This document shows positions 25,723 through 35,940 of a stretch of DNA of 64,000 nucleotides, piece by piece. The stretch is from Candidatus Latescibacterota bacterium (GTDB taxonomy: Bacteria; Latescibacterota; UBA2968; GCA-2709665): positions 4,256,001 through 4,320,000 of the forward strand of contig OZ244744.1 in the NCBI GenBank assembly GCA_965219455.1, written 5' to 3'. The translations under genes and the position numbers were made by a program. Every line of letters starts with the position of its first letter. Within the stretch, counting starts at the first letter, position 1. The notes under the pieces were generated by a model, which made no database searches, had not been told where the DNA came from, and saw nothing but the letters and a program-made list of their open reading frames with translations.

Positions 25723-28485
25723 TCAGGATGTCTCGGACCAGGCCATCCACGTCTCTCCGGCGCGGATATCGTAACCCCTGTCACCACGTCGGGTGACCAA
25801 TACAGGACGACCTTCGAACTCGGTGAGCCCGAGAACAGGGTAAGCGCGGATCATCTGCCGGCTGTCGGTAACGAAGATGTGTTTACCCTCCAACTCGCGC
25901 AACGTGGTCGCCTCGCCAAGGGTCACCAGTTCGGATTCCTTTTCGGTCACAAAGGTTTCCAGGACGGGACCGGACAGCGCCGCGAATTCGTGCTCGAGGG
26001 CGACGTCGCCATGTTGAAGACGTGTGCCCCCCACGAGCCAGGCATCTTTACTCGAGATGAGACCGAATCGGCCATTGAAACTCAGCGGATATTCTTCCGG
26101 CACAATGGCTTCGGGGGTCTTTCCGGATCCGGCGCTGATTATGAGATCTTTCCCTGAGTTGGTGGTGACTTCAACGACGGTTGCGAGGGTGGTCCGGTCC
26201 CGGTAGAGGATGCGTACGGATCTGACGGCGTTCCCATTGCAATACACCGTAACGAAGGTACTGACGCCGTTGTTCCGACGTCGCACAAGGTAAGGTGTGG
26301 TGGCGCCCATGTCGCGGGCCTTTCGCTGGCCGAATCCCTGGCCGACAAAGACCTGTTCGTGTTCACAGGCAGGAATGTGTACACGGAATGGCTTCCCGTT
26401 GCCGGGCGTCCACGCGGCGGACCAGGGAGATTTTGATCCACCTGTGCGGATCCGCGTGAGATCGTAAAATTCTGCGTTCGTCGGGCTGGTTTGGATGCCG
26501 GAGAGCGCGAGCGAGCGGTCCGGTCCGTGCATGACCCAATCGTGTCTGGTGCCTCCGTTGACGCGAAAGATATCCACAATGTATTCGGCTTGTCCGCTGC
26601 CGACGGTGGCGATTGTCCGGCAGTAGATCGAGGTGCCCGGGTAGACGTTTGAAGAGGCCTCCATCACCTTCGCGTGCGGACATGCCGAAAAGAGGTGGAA
26701 GGTCGCCCGGCGGCTGCGTGTCGTCTGTTCTTCGCCGTCTACCACCACCAGATTGTGGGCAAGGGTGCGGTTGACTCCGTAACGGAGGTCTTCCATATCC
26801 CAGAGATAGCCAAGGTCGGTGAGCAGTTCACGACCCTCTCTCCAGTAGTAGAGATTGAGATGGTCGTGGTGGTGGTGGCCTTTCCAGTCTGCGCCATAGA
26901 GGATGACCGCAGCGCTGTTTCCCCTGTGGCCCGTGCGCTGGGTTCCGACGTTCAGGTGGGGCCCGAGGTCATCCACGAACCGCGGCGGTTGTTCCGGCAG
27001 TACAACAGGCTCTCGGTAGAACGCGGCCGCCGTGTCCAGGTTGCCGCCGTACCAGAACTGTGCAATTCGGCCCGCGTAACAGCGATCCAGCTTCGCGATG
27101 TCGCGTTGAAGCAGGCGATGGTTTTCCGAAGGGTAATTTCGTGCGAGGATGTCGGCGAACATAGCGGACATGTGGCAGGGTAACCGGTTGTCGGCAAGCA
27201 GAGGATAGTTCTGATCCGGCAGCAGAGGACGGGCCATGTTCTGCCATACTGCACGGTAGCGCGGCCACCTGTAGAGGTCCACCCGGTCCAGCGGCGCAGG
27301 CGGAAAATCGACGCCATCCGGATCCGAGTAGCGCTTGAGGGCTTCGGCGATGCGCCAGATGCCGGAGAGCATCATGCCGGCGTACCCAATGGATTCCGGT
27401 GTTCCACCATCCGGCAGCCACCAGTCCCGTACGGCCCTCACAAAGCCGTCCAGGCCGAAACGGATCAGAAGCGGGTCGCCGCAGACGATTCCGATCAGGC
27501 CGACGGCGCACCGGTTCATTCCGGTCTTGTTGTTAATGACGTCGTCCGAGAAAAGCATCACGGCCGCGTCGAGAAGCAGGTCGTGCTCGATGTGCCGTTT
27601 TTCCGCGTCTGGCAGGGTTTCGGCAACCAGATCGTAGGCGAGGATGAGTTTTTGCAGGGATGTGCCTTCCATCCCTCCGGAGGAACCCCAGCGCAGTACG
27701 GCCCAGTATCCGGGATGCAGTTTTCGGTTCGGTGTATTGCCTGGAGGGCACCACTCGTCTTCGGGCAGATTATCCACCCGGGTTGCAGCGATCTTCGGAT
27801 CGAAATCAGCAATGTCGCCGTATGAGGAATGTACGAGATACACGGGATGGACGTCGGCAAACCGCTTCAGGATGATTGCGGCGCCGGTCGCATAATTTCG
27901 TCTTCCCGTCAGGGCGTAGGCCAGCGCCAGGTCTTCGGCGGTGTTGGCCGCGTGCCGGCACCGATGTATGCGAGCGTGGCCGGAGAAGCTGGAGTGGATG
28001 GCGGCATATCCGTATGCTTCCCAGGATTTCCCACCGTAGAGTGTAATTTTCTGCCGGGGGTCGAAACGGCTTTCGAAAACCACGTCTTCCGGATAGTCTT
28101 CGTTGGGATACACGGTGTCGCAGCCCTTGCATCGGATGTGCGTTGGATCACTGGGAAGCCAGTCGTAAGCGCCGTGCATCGGCGCGAACTCGCACTTCGG
28201 ACACATGGTGAAATGCGGTGAGTATGGGGTGGTTGACGGAACATAGGTCCGCGCCCACGCCTTGGAAACCGTACCGGCTGCTTCGACTCGCTCCAGAAGC
28301 ATCTCCAGGGCTCTTCGCGCCCACGGGTGGCGGGAGGTATTCACCCTGGCGCGGTCAATATCGCCCGGTGAGAATATGGTCGCGGGATGTCGGACGTGAG
28401 ACCGGTACTGTTGCCATCGGCTCGGATCCTGCATCTCCTGAATATCAAATTCACCATGCCAGGTTTCAAGCCAGTCGTTTAACAC
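25723..28485 (-). CDS. Heparinase II/III-like polysaccharide lyase with Zn-ribbon insert
   Basis: HHHHDHLNL, DLGY, HNLVVVDG motifs; alpha-helical lyase-type N-terminal half; CPKC...CKGC. Confidence 0.78.
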   Translation of the reverse strand: MLNDWLETWHGEFDIQEMQDPSRWQQYRSHVRHPATIFSPGDIDRARVNTSRHPWARRALEMLLERVEAAGTVSKAWARTYVPSTTPYSPHFTMCPKCEFAPMHGAYDWLPSDPTHIRCKGCDTVYPNEDYPEDVVFESRFDPRQKITLYGGKSWEAYGYAAIHSSFSGHARIHRCRHAANTAEDLALAYALTGRRNYATGAAIILKRFADVHPVYLVHSSYGDIADFDPKIAATRVDNLPEDEWCPPGNTPNRKLHPGYWAVLRWGSSGGMEGTSLQKLILAYDLVAETLPDAEKRHIEHDLLLDAAVMLFSDDVINNKTGMNRCAVGLIGIVCGDPLLIRFGLDGFVRAVRDWWLPDGGTPESIGYAGMMLSGIWRIAEALKRYSDPDGVDFPPAPLDRVDLYRWPRYRAVWQNMARPLLPDQNYPLLADNRLPCHMSAMFADILARNYPSENHRLLQRDIAKLDRCYAGRIAQFWYGGNLDTAAAFYREPVVLPEQPPRFVDDLGPHLNVGTQRTGHRGNSAAVILYGADWKGHHHHDHLNLYYWREGRELLTDLGYLWDMEDLRYGVNRTLAHNLVVVDGEEQTTRSRRATFHLFSACPHAKVMEASSNVYPGTSIYCRTIATVGSGQAEYIVDIFRVNGGTRHDWVMHGPDRSLALSGIQTSPTNAEFYDLTRIRTGGSKSPWSAAWTPGNGKPFRVHIPACEHEQVFVGQGFGQRKARDMGATTPYLVRRRNNGVSTFVTVYCNGNAVRSVRILYRDRTTLATVVEVTTNSGKDLIISAGSGKTPEAIVPEEYPLSFNGRFGLISSKDAWLVGGTRLQHGDVALEHEFAALSGPVLETFVTEKESELVTLGEATTLRELEGKHIFVTDSRQMIRAYPVLGLTEFEGRPVLVTRRGDRGYDIRAGETWMAWSETS

Positions 28486-28595
28486 GCAAATATCCCTCTA
28501 TTGTGTTATTACAGGACTGAATATCCCTATAATGTAGCGGGAGGCTTCGCGGCCCTTGCGCGGTACGGAGCAGGCGCTCGTGATATCCTTCTACG

Positions 28596-30293
28596 CTACG
28601 TGCTGCCGGCGTCCGGTCTGAACCTGATCCCGGGGCGCGCCGGGCCACCGGCAACGGCAACGGGCGACCCGTCGGCGCGCCAGCATGCGGCGCCTGTGAT
28701 GATCCCGGTGCCGTGATTGTAGACGATGCCGTTCATCCCTCCAGCCACCGTGTTTACTTCGCGAATGTCGTGACCGCGGCGAATGAGCCGGGTTCTTACG
28801 GTCTGAGGGATGGCGGGTTCGACTTCCAGTTCCTGGCCCTGGGTCCAGACTCTGGGGGCTTCAACGGCTTCCTGCAGGGTCATTCCGTGGTCAATGAGGT
28901 TGACAAGTGCCTGCAGTACGGCCGGGAAGATGCGTACACCGCCGGGGGTGCCCAGTGCGATATGGGGGTCGCCGTTTCTGGTTACAATGGTGGGCGCGTT
29001 GCTGCTGAGCATACGCCGGTTGGATCCGACTGAGTTGGACAAACCGGGGTGGGGGTCGAAAAGGGCCATATTGTTGTTCAGGAGCAGGCCCGTCCCCGGG
29101 GCAACGACCTTACAGCCGAATCCTTCGTTTATGGTCTGGGTCATGGCGGCCATGTTGCCGGCCGCATCTGCGGTGGTCACATGGGTGGTACACACGGATT
29201 CGGATGAGGGCGGAATGCCGGCGGCGGGACGGGTCGCTTCTGCCAGGTCGATATCCGTGCGTCTTTGCTCTCCGTAGGTTTTCGATACCAGCCAGTCTAC
29301 CGGCACGTCAATATGTTCCGGGTCGCCCATGTATTTCGTACGGTCGGCAAAGGCGACCTTAAAGCATTCGGCGAGGACGTGAATGGAGTCCGCTGTGCCG
29401 AACCCGAGGTCGGCAATGTTGAACCCCTCGAGCAGATTGAGGATTTGAAGAATGTGTACGCCACCGGAGCAGGGTGGAGACGGTACAATGAGTTCATATC
29501 CACGGTATGTTCCCCTGATCGCCCTGCGCCGGACGGCGCGATAGGCGCCGAGATCTTCCATGGAAAGGATGCCGCCGCTCTGTCGGACGTGGTCGACTAT
29601 AGTCTGGCCAAGTGGGCCGTTGTAGAGTACGTCCGGACCGCCATCGGCGATGTCGCGCAGGGAAGCGGCGAGGTCGGGTTGAACAAGGCGGGTTCCCTGT
29701 GCGAGCGGGCGCCCGTGGGGCAGAAAAATGCGGGCCGTTTCAGGAAATCTACTGAGGTAACTCTCATTCTGTGCCACGGATTCGGCCAGGTAACGACTGA
29801 CGGGAAACCCGTTTTCGGCAACCTGGACGGCCGGTTGAAGGACGGTCTTCAGGTCCAGGACACCCCAGCGCCTGAGCGCCTCGCACCAACCCTTCAGCGC
29901 GCCCGGAACACCGGTGGCCAGCGGGCCGATCCTGTTCGCGTCGTTTTCGGCACGCATGTAATCCGGCCAGGTGTCGGAGACAGGCGCATACATGTCGGAC
30001 GTCGCCGCGGCGGGCGCGCAGGCGTAGGCGTCGAGGATGACGGGCGTGCCGTCGGCAAGGCGAATATTGATCCAGCCCGCGCCGAAGAGACCCACCATCT
30101 GAGGTTCGACCACGTTGAGGGCGAAGAGTGCAGCCACCGCGGCGTCGATGGCGTTCCCACCCAGCGCGAGCATCTGCGCGCCGGCCGCGGACCCGATCGG
30201 GTTGTTGGCGGCAACCACGCCGCGCGATCCGGATGCCGGCTGTTTTTGAACTTCAAAGGGTGTACCGGCATTATTTCGCCAATTTGCGGGCAT
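28596..30293 (-). CDS. ggt: Gamma-glutamyltransferase
   Basis: GGNAIDAAVA, VVEP, GVPG, catalytic Thr in CTTHVTT, TQTIN..FG, LLNNNM, GTPGG, EAPR. Confidence 0.93.
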   Translation of the reverse strand: MPANWRNNAGTPFEVQKQPASGSRGVVAANNPIGSAAGAQMLALGGNAIDAAVAALFALNVVEPQMVGLFGAGWINIRLADGTPVILDAYACAPAAATSDMYAPVSDTWPDYMRAENDANRIGPLATGVPGALKGWCEALRRWGVLDLKTVLQPAVQVAENGFPVSRYLAESVAQNESYLSRFPETARIFLPHGRPLAQGTRLVQPDLAASLRDIADGGPDVLYNGPLGQTIVDHVRQSGGILSMEDLGAYRAVRRRAIRGTYRGYELIVPSPPCSGGVHILQILNLLEGFNIADLGFGTADSIHVLAECFKVAFADRTKYMGDPEHIDVPVDWLVSKTYGEQRRTDIDLAEATRPAAGIPPSSESVCTTHVTTADAAGNMAAMTQTINEGFGCKVVAPGTGLLLNNNMALFDPHPGLSNSVGSNRRMLSSNAPTIVTRNGDPHIALGTPGGVRIFPAVLQALVNLIDHGMTLQEAVEAPRVWTQGQELEVEPAIPQTVRTRLIRRGHDIREVNTVAGGMNGIVYNHGTGIITGAACWRADGSPVAVAGGPARPGIRFRPDAGST

Positions 30294-30373
30294 GTTGACG
30301 ACGCTGTAATTGGAATGCGGCTATCGCGCTGACTGGCGCCGCAGGCACGCCGGAGCGCAGGCGGGGCGGAAAG

Positions 30374-31708
30374 TCAAACCTGGAGTTGACGGGCAAGCGA
30401 CTGAAAGGTCTGCCGGGCTGACGCATTGAGGCCTTCCGCGAAGGGCCCCGGGCCGGTGGTGGTGTAGGTGTTGGCGCGGTCAACTTCATAACCCCCTTCC
30501 GGCAGAAGTTCGTCGGTGGGAAGGTAACCGCGTCCTTCCTGGCAGTAGCCCCAGGCGATCAGGTTCGGGTCGTTGATCCAGGCTCTCACGAGATCAAGCC
30601 ATTCGGCGAGAACTTCGCCTGCAATCCAGGCGACCATATGACCGGCTGAAAGACGTATCAGGCCAACGGGCCAGGGCACCGCCTTGACCGGTGGAATACC
30701 GCTCTCGAGCCGCTCGACCCAGTAGCCGCCCAGATTGCGGTTGAGTACGTCTTCCGAGTTTATCAGCGACCGCCAGTGGTCCACGGGCGGTATTTTCCTC
30801 TGGTCTCTCGGGGCAAGGAAACGTCCCTGAACTGCCGCGATGTCGAGGTCCAACCTTGTGCCTTTGTTGCGGAGTGCACCGACAATATCGCTTGCGAGTT
30901 CCGTTCCGGCAGCCAGCGTGTCGGCGGGCGTGGATTCACGAAACCTTGCCCGATCCAGGTCGGCCAGAACGCGGGGTCGGATGTTGCCCGCAAACCCCTG
31001 AATGAACTGGCAATGGGTGTTGGCGCCGAGTATCGACCGCAGGGTTTTGCGGCAAACGCCGGGATAGTCGGCGGAGATGCCGTCCCAGGCATAACCGTAG
31101 ACGATGACCGGATGGCATCCGTAGCTGAAGACCACACACCGCTCGTCACTCTCCGTCGCTGAAACGTCGACTATCCACAGGTCCGGGTTGTGTGCGCCAT
31201 CCGGGTTGGGACCCATCGCAATCTTACCGGATGGGTCTTTCCTGCGGCGGTTGATGCCAACCGCCGACTCGCCGCGGTATTCGGTTACCGTAACCGGTTG
31301 AAGGTTTCCCACGGCTTCGAGCGCAACGTGGACGATGTTTCGGCACAGGATCTCGTCATACGCCTGGAGTTCGCGCGGTTTGGACACAGGCGTGGCATAA
31401 CCTTCAAATCCGCCCATGGGGCCGCTGTGGGTGTGCGAGAAATTGAGAATAACGGCCTCGATGGGAATACCGGTGAGTGCGGAGAGGTCGTAACGGAGAG
31501 GTTCCGCGACAATCGGCGAGAGTCCAACGAGGTCGACGGAAATCCAGAGTATCCGCTTACCCTCGGGGTCTTCCAGTACCGTGGCCTGTGCGCAGAGCGG
31601 ATCTAGGATGTTCCCGCCAGGTGTAAAGCGAGGGCCGCGTCCTCCCATGGGCAACCCGAGTGGTGGCGTGGTTTCAACTTCCGCCCAACCTGCTCTGGCG
31701 GTGGTCAT
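30374..31708 (-). CDS. Neutral/alkaline ceramidase-like metallo-amidohydrolase (paralog)
   Basis: TTPP, SHTHSGP, GINRR, YGCHP, SADYPG, AGE, GYLP...EGGYEV. Confidence 0.82.
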   Translation of the reverse strand: MTTARAGWAEVETTPPLGLPMGGRGPRFTPGGNILDPLCAQATVLEDPEGKRILWISVDLVGLSPIVAEPLRYDLSALTGIPIEAVILNFSHTHSGPMGGFEGYATPVSKPRELQAYDEILCRNIVHVALEAVGNLQPVTVTEYRGESAVGINRRRKDPSGKIAMGPNPDGAHNPDLWIVDVSATESDERCVVFSYGCHPVIVYGYAWDGISADYPGVCRKTLRSILGANTHCQFIQGFAGNIRPRVLADLDRARFRESTPADTLAAGTELASDIVGALRNKGTRLDLDIAAVQGRFLAPRDQRKIPPVDHWRSLINSEDVLNRNLGGYWVERLESGIPPVKAVPWPVGLIRLSAGHMVAWIAGEVLAEWLDLVRAWINDPNLIAWGYCQEGRGYLPTDELLPEGGYEVDRANTYTTTGPGPFAEGLNASARQTFQSLARQLQV

Positions 31709-31757
31709 GGTGGGCTCCAGTGGTCAATAGGTGGAATGCGGAGTCCCGTGAGAGGGT

Positions 31758-32852
31758 TCACGCAATGCGATACCTGTCGATTTTGTCCCGGTTCAGGCTC
31801 ACGCCCAGCCCCGGTCCGGGGGGCGGCAGAAGATAACCGTCCTCTATAATCAGGGATTTGACGATGACGTCATCCGCGTGATAGACAAAGCCGTTGACGT
31901 CGCTGGCATAGCCCAGGTTTCGCATGGCAAAGGCGAGGTGGGCTTGTGCAGACGTCCCGATGCCGAGTTCAGGCATGCTGCCAATGATGCAGGGTAGCCG
32001 GGTGGCTTCGGCAATGGCGAAGATCTGCGCCGCGGGATAGATACCCCCGGCTTCGGCCACATAGACATTGAAGACGTCCACCGCCCCGGCCTTGATGCAG
32101 GCCATCGCGTCGGTGGGCGTCCAGACACTCTCGTCGGCCATAATGGGTGTGTCTACGTGATCCCGGATGTGCCGCAAACCCTCCAGATCGCTGAAGTGAA
32201 GCGGTTGTTCCACCAGTTCGAGCCGGTAGGGTTCGAGGGATTTGATATTGCGTACGGCCTCTTTGGCGTTGCGCCAGCCCATGTTGGCGTCCACACGCAG
32301 TACGACGTCGTTTCCCACACGTTCTCGGATGGCCTTTACCGTGGCAAGATCGGCTTCCGGATCCATGCCGATTTTTGCCTTGAGCGTCTTGTATCCCTGG
32401 GTCGCGAGAGAGGCGGCCTGTTCGGAGACCTGATCCGGTTCGCCCATGGAAAGCGAATGGCTGAGCAGAACGCGATCCCGGACCAGCCCGCCCAGCAGGT
32501 TGTAAACCGGCGTGTTAAGTGCCTTGCCAACGATGTCGTAAAGGGCCATATCCACGCCGGCTTTCGCCGGTTCGGAGCGGTGGAGCAGGCTGTTCATCAG
32601 GGCGTGAATTTCTGCGATACGGAAAGGATCCCGGCCCGAAAGCGCTTCTGCAAGCAGATCGTTGATATCTTCGGCCTGACCCCGGCCCTTGCGGTCCCAG
32701 ATGCTGCAGATTTCGCCAATCCCGGTAATGCCCTCATCGGTCTGGATTTCAACAATCGCGTTTTCCGTTTCCTGGCTGCGCCCAAGACTGCTGGTAAAGG
32801 CTTGCGGGCGAGGTACGCGGATCGGGGTGGCCTCTATGCGGGTAATCTTCAA
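31758..32852 (-). CDS. Enolase superfamily, MLE-subgroup enzyme
   Basis: TTG start after AAGGAG; KAK, DAN, EQP, DES metal ligands; PGPGLGV C-terminus. Confidence 0.9.
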   Translation of the reverse strand: MKITRIEATPIRVPRPQAFTSSLGRSQETENAIVEIQTDEGITGIGEICSIWDRKGRGQAEDINDLLAEALSGRDPFRIAEIHALMNSLLHRSEPAKAGVDMALYDIVGKALNTPVYNLLGGLVRDRVLLSHSLSMGEPDQVSEQAASLATQGYKTLKAKIGMDPEADLATVKAIRERVGNDVVLRVDANMGWRNAKEAVRNIKSLEPYRLELVEQPLHFSDLEGLRHIRDHVDTPIMADESVWTPTDAMACIKAGAVDVFNVYVAEAGGIYPAAQIFAIAEATRLPCIIGSMPELGIGTSAQAHLAFAMRNLGYASDVNGFVYHADDVIVKSLIIEDGYLLPPPGPGLGVSLNRDKIDRYRIA

Positions 32853-32942
32853 ACTGTGCTCCTTTCCGTGGCTCGAATCTGTCCCTGCTTTCCAGGACGG
32901 TGCTGTCACAAAGAAAGCGGCTCCGTCAATGGCGCGGTGGGA

Positions 32943-34505
32943 TTACTCGTACGGATCGAAGAATGTCAGATCCGCACCAAAGTTGTCCATAGCCACCACT
33001 TCGTCTCCCCGCAGGCTTGCACGGATCTGACGGGTCCGGTGGTCCAGGACGACCTCCCGTTCGACGAGTGGGAACTCGAATGTGATCGGGCGGTTGAGCG
33101 GGGGCCGGGCGACGTAGAGATAGCCGTTGGTGTGGCGCGGCTTTTCGCACGCGCCGCGGGTGCGGATTTGTGACGCTTCCACCCAGTCCGGGATACGCAC
33201 GAACAGCGGCCCCTCGCGTTTTACGCGGACACTCAGCGCCGGATGGGTGTAGGGTGATTCAATCCTCAGGTCTGGCGTTTCGTGGTCGAAGAGCAGGTTG
33301 ACCCGGTGGCCGGCGCCGTCGGTACGGACGATTTCCCGGTAAGCCTCGCAGAGTGAGGCCACCCCGCCCCCCACGATATCCATGTTGAAGCTGATGAAAT
33401 CCGTGTCGATCGGATGGTGACCGTAAGGGGCTGGAAAGCCGAAGGCGCCGAGGTGGCGGTCGGCGACGGCCCGTTTGCCGTCTTCGCACTCGGGGTTGGG
33501 TGGATCATCGATAAAGGATGTGTCACGCAGTTGGGAAGGCAGGATATGGCACCGCAGGATGCGTTCGGCGTCGCCGTAATACTCGGGATATCCCCAGCGG
33601 CCGAGGATCAGGGCGGTTTCGAGAATGTCACCGGAGTTGTTGATTTCTCCCCGGTCGGCAGGCGCATCGGCCCCGCTGTTTTCGATGACCCAACCGAACG
33701 GATCGCTGAATTCCCGGAGGCCGTTGTCGTAGAAGGCTTTCACGCGGCTCATCAGATCGGCGTCGGACGTCAGTTCGGCGAATAGGGCGAGTGACGACAT
33801 CACGCATGTGGTGGAGTGCGTATGGGACCCGAACGTCTCGCGGTTATAGTCGCCGCTGTCGTTGAAAAACTCCAGCGCCTTGTCCTTGAGGACGATGGCC
33901 AGGTCGAGTGCGGGACCGTATCCCGTTGCCTTATAGTACTTGACCAGCGGGCCGATGGATCGACCGAGCCCCACGATAAAGGTGCAGCGACGAAACCGGA
34001 GTCCGAGTTTCCCCTCCAGGGTGTTGTAATCCCAACCGGTTTCTGGACTCCAGTACTTCGGAATCGACCGGATACTGGCTTTGGCGATCTCCCGGGCGCG
34101 TTCGGAATGCCGGAATCGGACCAGCGGGTACAGCGCGTGAAATCCTTCCCGGCAGTTGTGCGGTGTGAAATTAACCGGCGGCCCGTCAACGGAGTCCCGG
34201 TTGATTGGCAAGGCAACGGGACCGCTGTACGCAAGAAAGGCTGCGTTGGCATGGTTGTCGACGCAGCGTTCATCCAGTTCGATACCGATTGTGTCTTCGG
34301 CGTTGAGCAGGGCGTTCAGGTGGCGCCCCGAAACATGGGATTCGGAATGCACGGAACTGAAGCTCAACCGGGCTTCCGGGAGCACCCTTGAACTGAAAAA
34401 TGGGACGTTGTTGTCGTCGGCGTTGAACACGTTGCACATGGTGCGGCAGCCCAGACGGATGGCGTCCGCGATATCGGTTGTGTTAACGTTCCGGAGTTTG
34501 GACAT
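32943..34505 (-). CDS. Hypothetical protein, GH127/GH146-like architecture
   Basis: ATG after GAAGGGGG; helical-barrel-like region (GRHLNALL, HTHS, DAERILR) and C-terminal VNLLFD...VRIPDW...RGDEVVAM. Confidence 0.6.
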   Translation of the reverse strand: MSKLRNVNTTDIADAIRLGCRTMCNVFNADDNNVPFFSSRVLPEARLSFSSVHSESHVSGRHLNALLNAEDTIGIELDERCVDNHANAAFLAYSGPVALPINRDSVDGPPVNFTPHNCREGFHALYPLVRFRHSERAREIAKASIRSIPKYWSPETGWDYNTLEGKLGLRFRRCTFIVGLGRSIGPLVKYYKATGYGPALDLAIVLKDKALEFFNDSGDYNRETFGSHTHSTTCVMSSLALFAELTSDADLMSRVKAFYDNGLREFSDPFGWVIENSGADAPADRGEINNSGDILETALILGRWGYPEYYGDAERILRCHILPSQLRDTSFIDDPPNPECEDGKRAVADRHLGAFGFPAPYGHHPIDTDFISFNMDIVGGGVASLCEAYREIVRTDGAGHRVNLLFDHETPDLRIESPYTHPALSVRVKREGPLFVRIPDWVEASQIRTRGACEKPRHTNGYLYVARPPLNRPITFEFPLVEREVVLDHRTRQIRASLRGDEVVAMDNFGADLTFFDPYE

Positions 34506-34626
34506 CGGGGGTCCCCCTTCACGGGCCCGGCGATCGGAGCTTGGCGTGCCGGCGCAATTCGCTGTTTTTTGTTCCGCGGGTCTGTGCGATTGAAAATTCG
34601 GCTTCGTAGCCGGTGAAATTTCGTAT

Positions 34627-34655
34627 AATATATCCATCGTCTTCGCGTCCTGCAA
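34627..34655 (-). promoter_or_regulatory. sigma70-like promoter
   Basis: Minus strand TTGCAG-17 nt-TATATT. Confidence 0.45.
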
Positions 34656-34887
34656 CCCCCTTGCGCATAGCAAGGGTTACGGCAGTTTTTGCCTTGACTT
34701 ATGGCCTTTCATTACTATCTATTCATTGCTTGAGGAAATGCGGACCGAAGCCGTCGATGTCCGGGGCGACATCCAGCCATAACCGGATTCGCGCGTCCTC
34801 GATTCGGCGGTATGATCGAATCAGACGCGCTGGGGCGAGGTCTGATGATTCGCGCGGACGAACAGATAACAGAAAGGAAGAACGCCC

Positions 34888-35766
34888 ATGGAAGAAATGA
34901 TCAGGTTCTTCGTGAAGAACGGTTACATTGTCGTGCGCGACGCGCTGACGGATGAAGAGGTTGCCGAAGTCAACGACGGAATCGCCGCAGATCGGGCCGC
35001 GCACCCGCAATATTGGGTGCCCGCTCCGACCGCGTCCGGTCATCTATCCGTGGGCTGCGATGCGCCCGAGCTCCTCCAGCGGACCGAGGCTCTGGACGGA
35101 CTGGCCTGCCATCCCTCAATCGCACCCATCGCCCGATGTATTCTCGGCCAGGGCGCGCAAATGTCCGGTCTGACGTTTCTCAGGCGCGAGCCCTGTGACG
35201 TCCGGCCCCCCGAAGATCAGGACGGTGACGATCCGCTGTGTCTCACGCGCGTGTGGCACCGGGAAGACAGTGGAAACGTGGAAGGCGCCAACCGGAACGA
35301 CTTTTTTGTACCGGCACTTCAGGTGATATTTTATCTGGATGACGTTGACGCCCGATCTCACTGCTTTAGCGTCATTCCGGAAAGCGTCGAGACCAAGAGA
35401 AATCTGCCCACAACGCGCACCGGTAGCAGCGGTTGGGGTGCAGTCGACCGGCTGCGGATCGACGACGCCGAAGTCAGCTACGTGGATCCGGAGAATCCGA
35501 CATGGGTGGACGCTTTCGGACGCGAACTGACTCGCCGCACGGGTCGGGTAGATATATACGGGCGGGCGGGAACGGCTGTCGTGTTTAACAATTGCAGCTA
35601 TCATTGTGGATCCGTCAGACACACCCGGCGTCCAAGGCACACGGTGCATGTGCGGTACCGTCAGCCCGAGCCGGTGGCCTCTCGACATGCACTCAAATCG
35701 CCATGGGAGAGCGTAGCCCAGTTTTCGATGGCGCTGCCCTCCCGTCCCACAATCGGAAAGCTGTAA
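34888..35766 (+). CDS. Phytanoyl-CoA dioxygenase (PhyH) family Fe(II)/2OG oxygenase
   Basis: FVKNGYIVVRDALT, WHRED, YLDDV...VIPES, AGTAVVFN...HCG...R. Confidence 0.85.
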   Translation: MEEMIRFFVKNGYIVVRDALTDEEVAEVNDGIAADRAAHPQYWVPAPTASGHLSVGCDAPELLQRTEALDGLACHPSIAPIARCILGQGAQMSGLTFLRREPCDVRPPEDQDGDDPLCLTRVWHREDSGNVEGANRNDFFVPALQVIFYLDDVDARSHCFSVIPESVETKRNLPTTRTGSSGWGAVDRLRIDDAEVSYVDPENPTWVDAFGRELTRRTGRVDIYGRAGTAVVFNNCSYHCGSVRHTRRPRHTVHVRYRQPEPVASRHALKSPWESVAQFSMALPSRPTIGKL

Positions 35767-35940
35767 ACCCAACGAAACAACGGCACCGATTGTCGATGAT
35801 CTCCCGGTTGCCTTGCCCGTCCGCCGAATTCCGGGTTAATTGGTCCGCCGACGGTAATCGGCGAACCGGACAGAACAGGCGCTTTCTTTTCAGGTCGTCG
35901 TTCCTTTTCCGTGAATTGAAATCAACCGAAAGGACGTATC

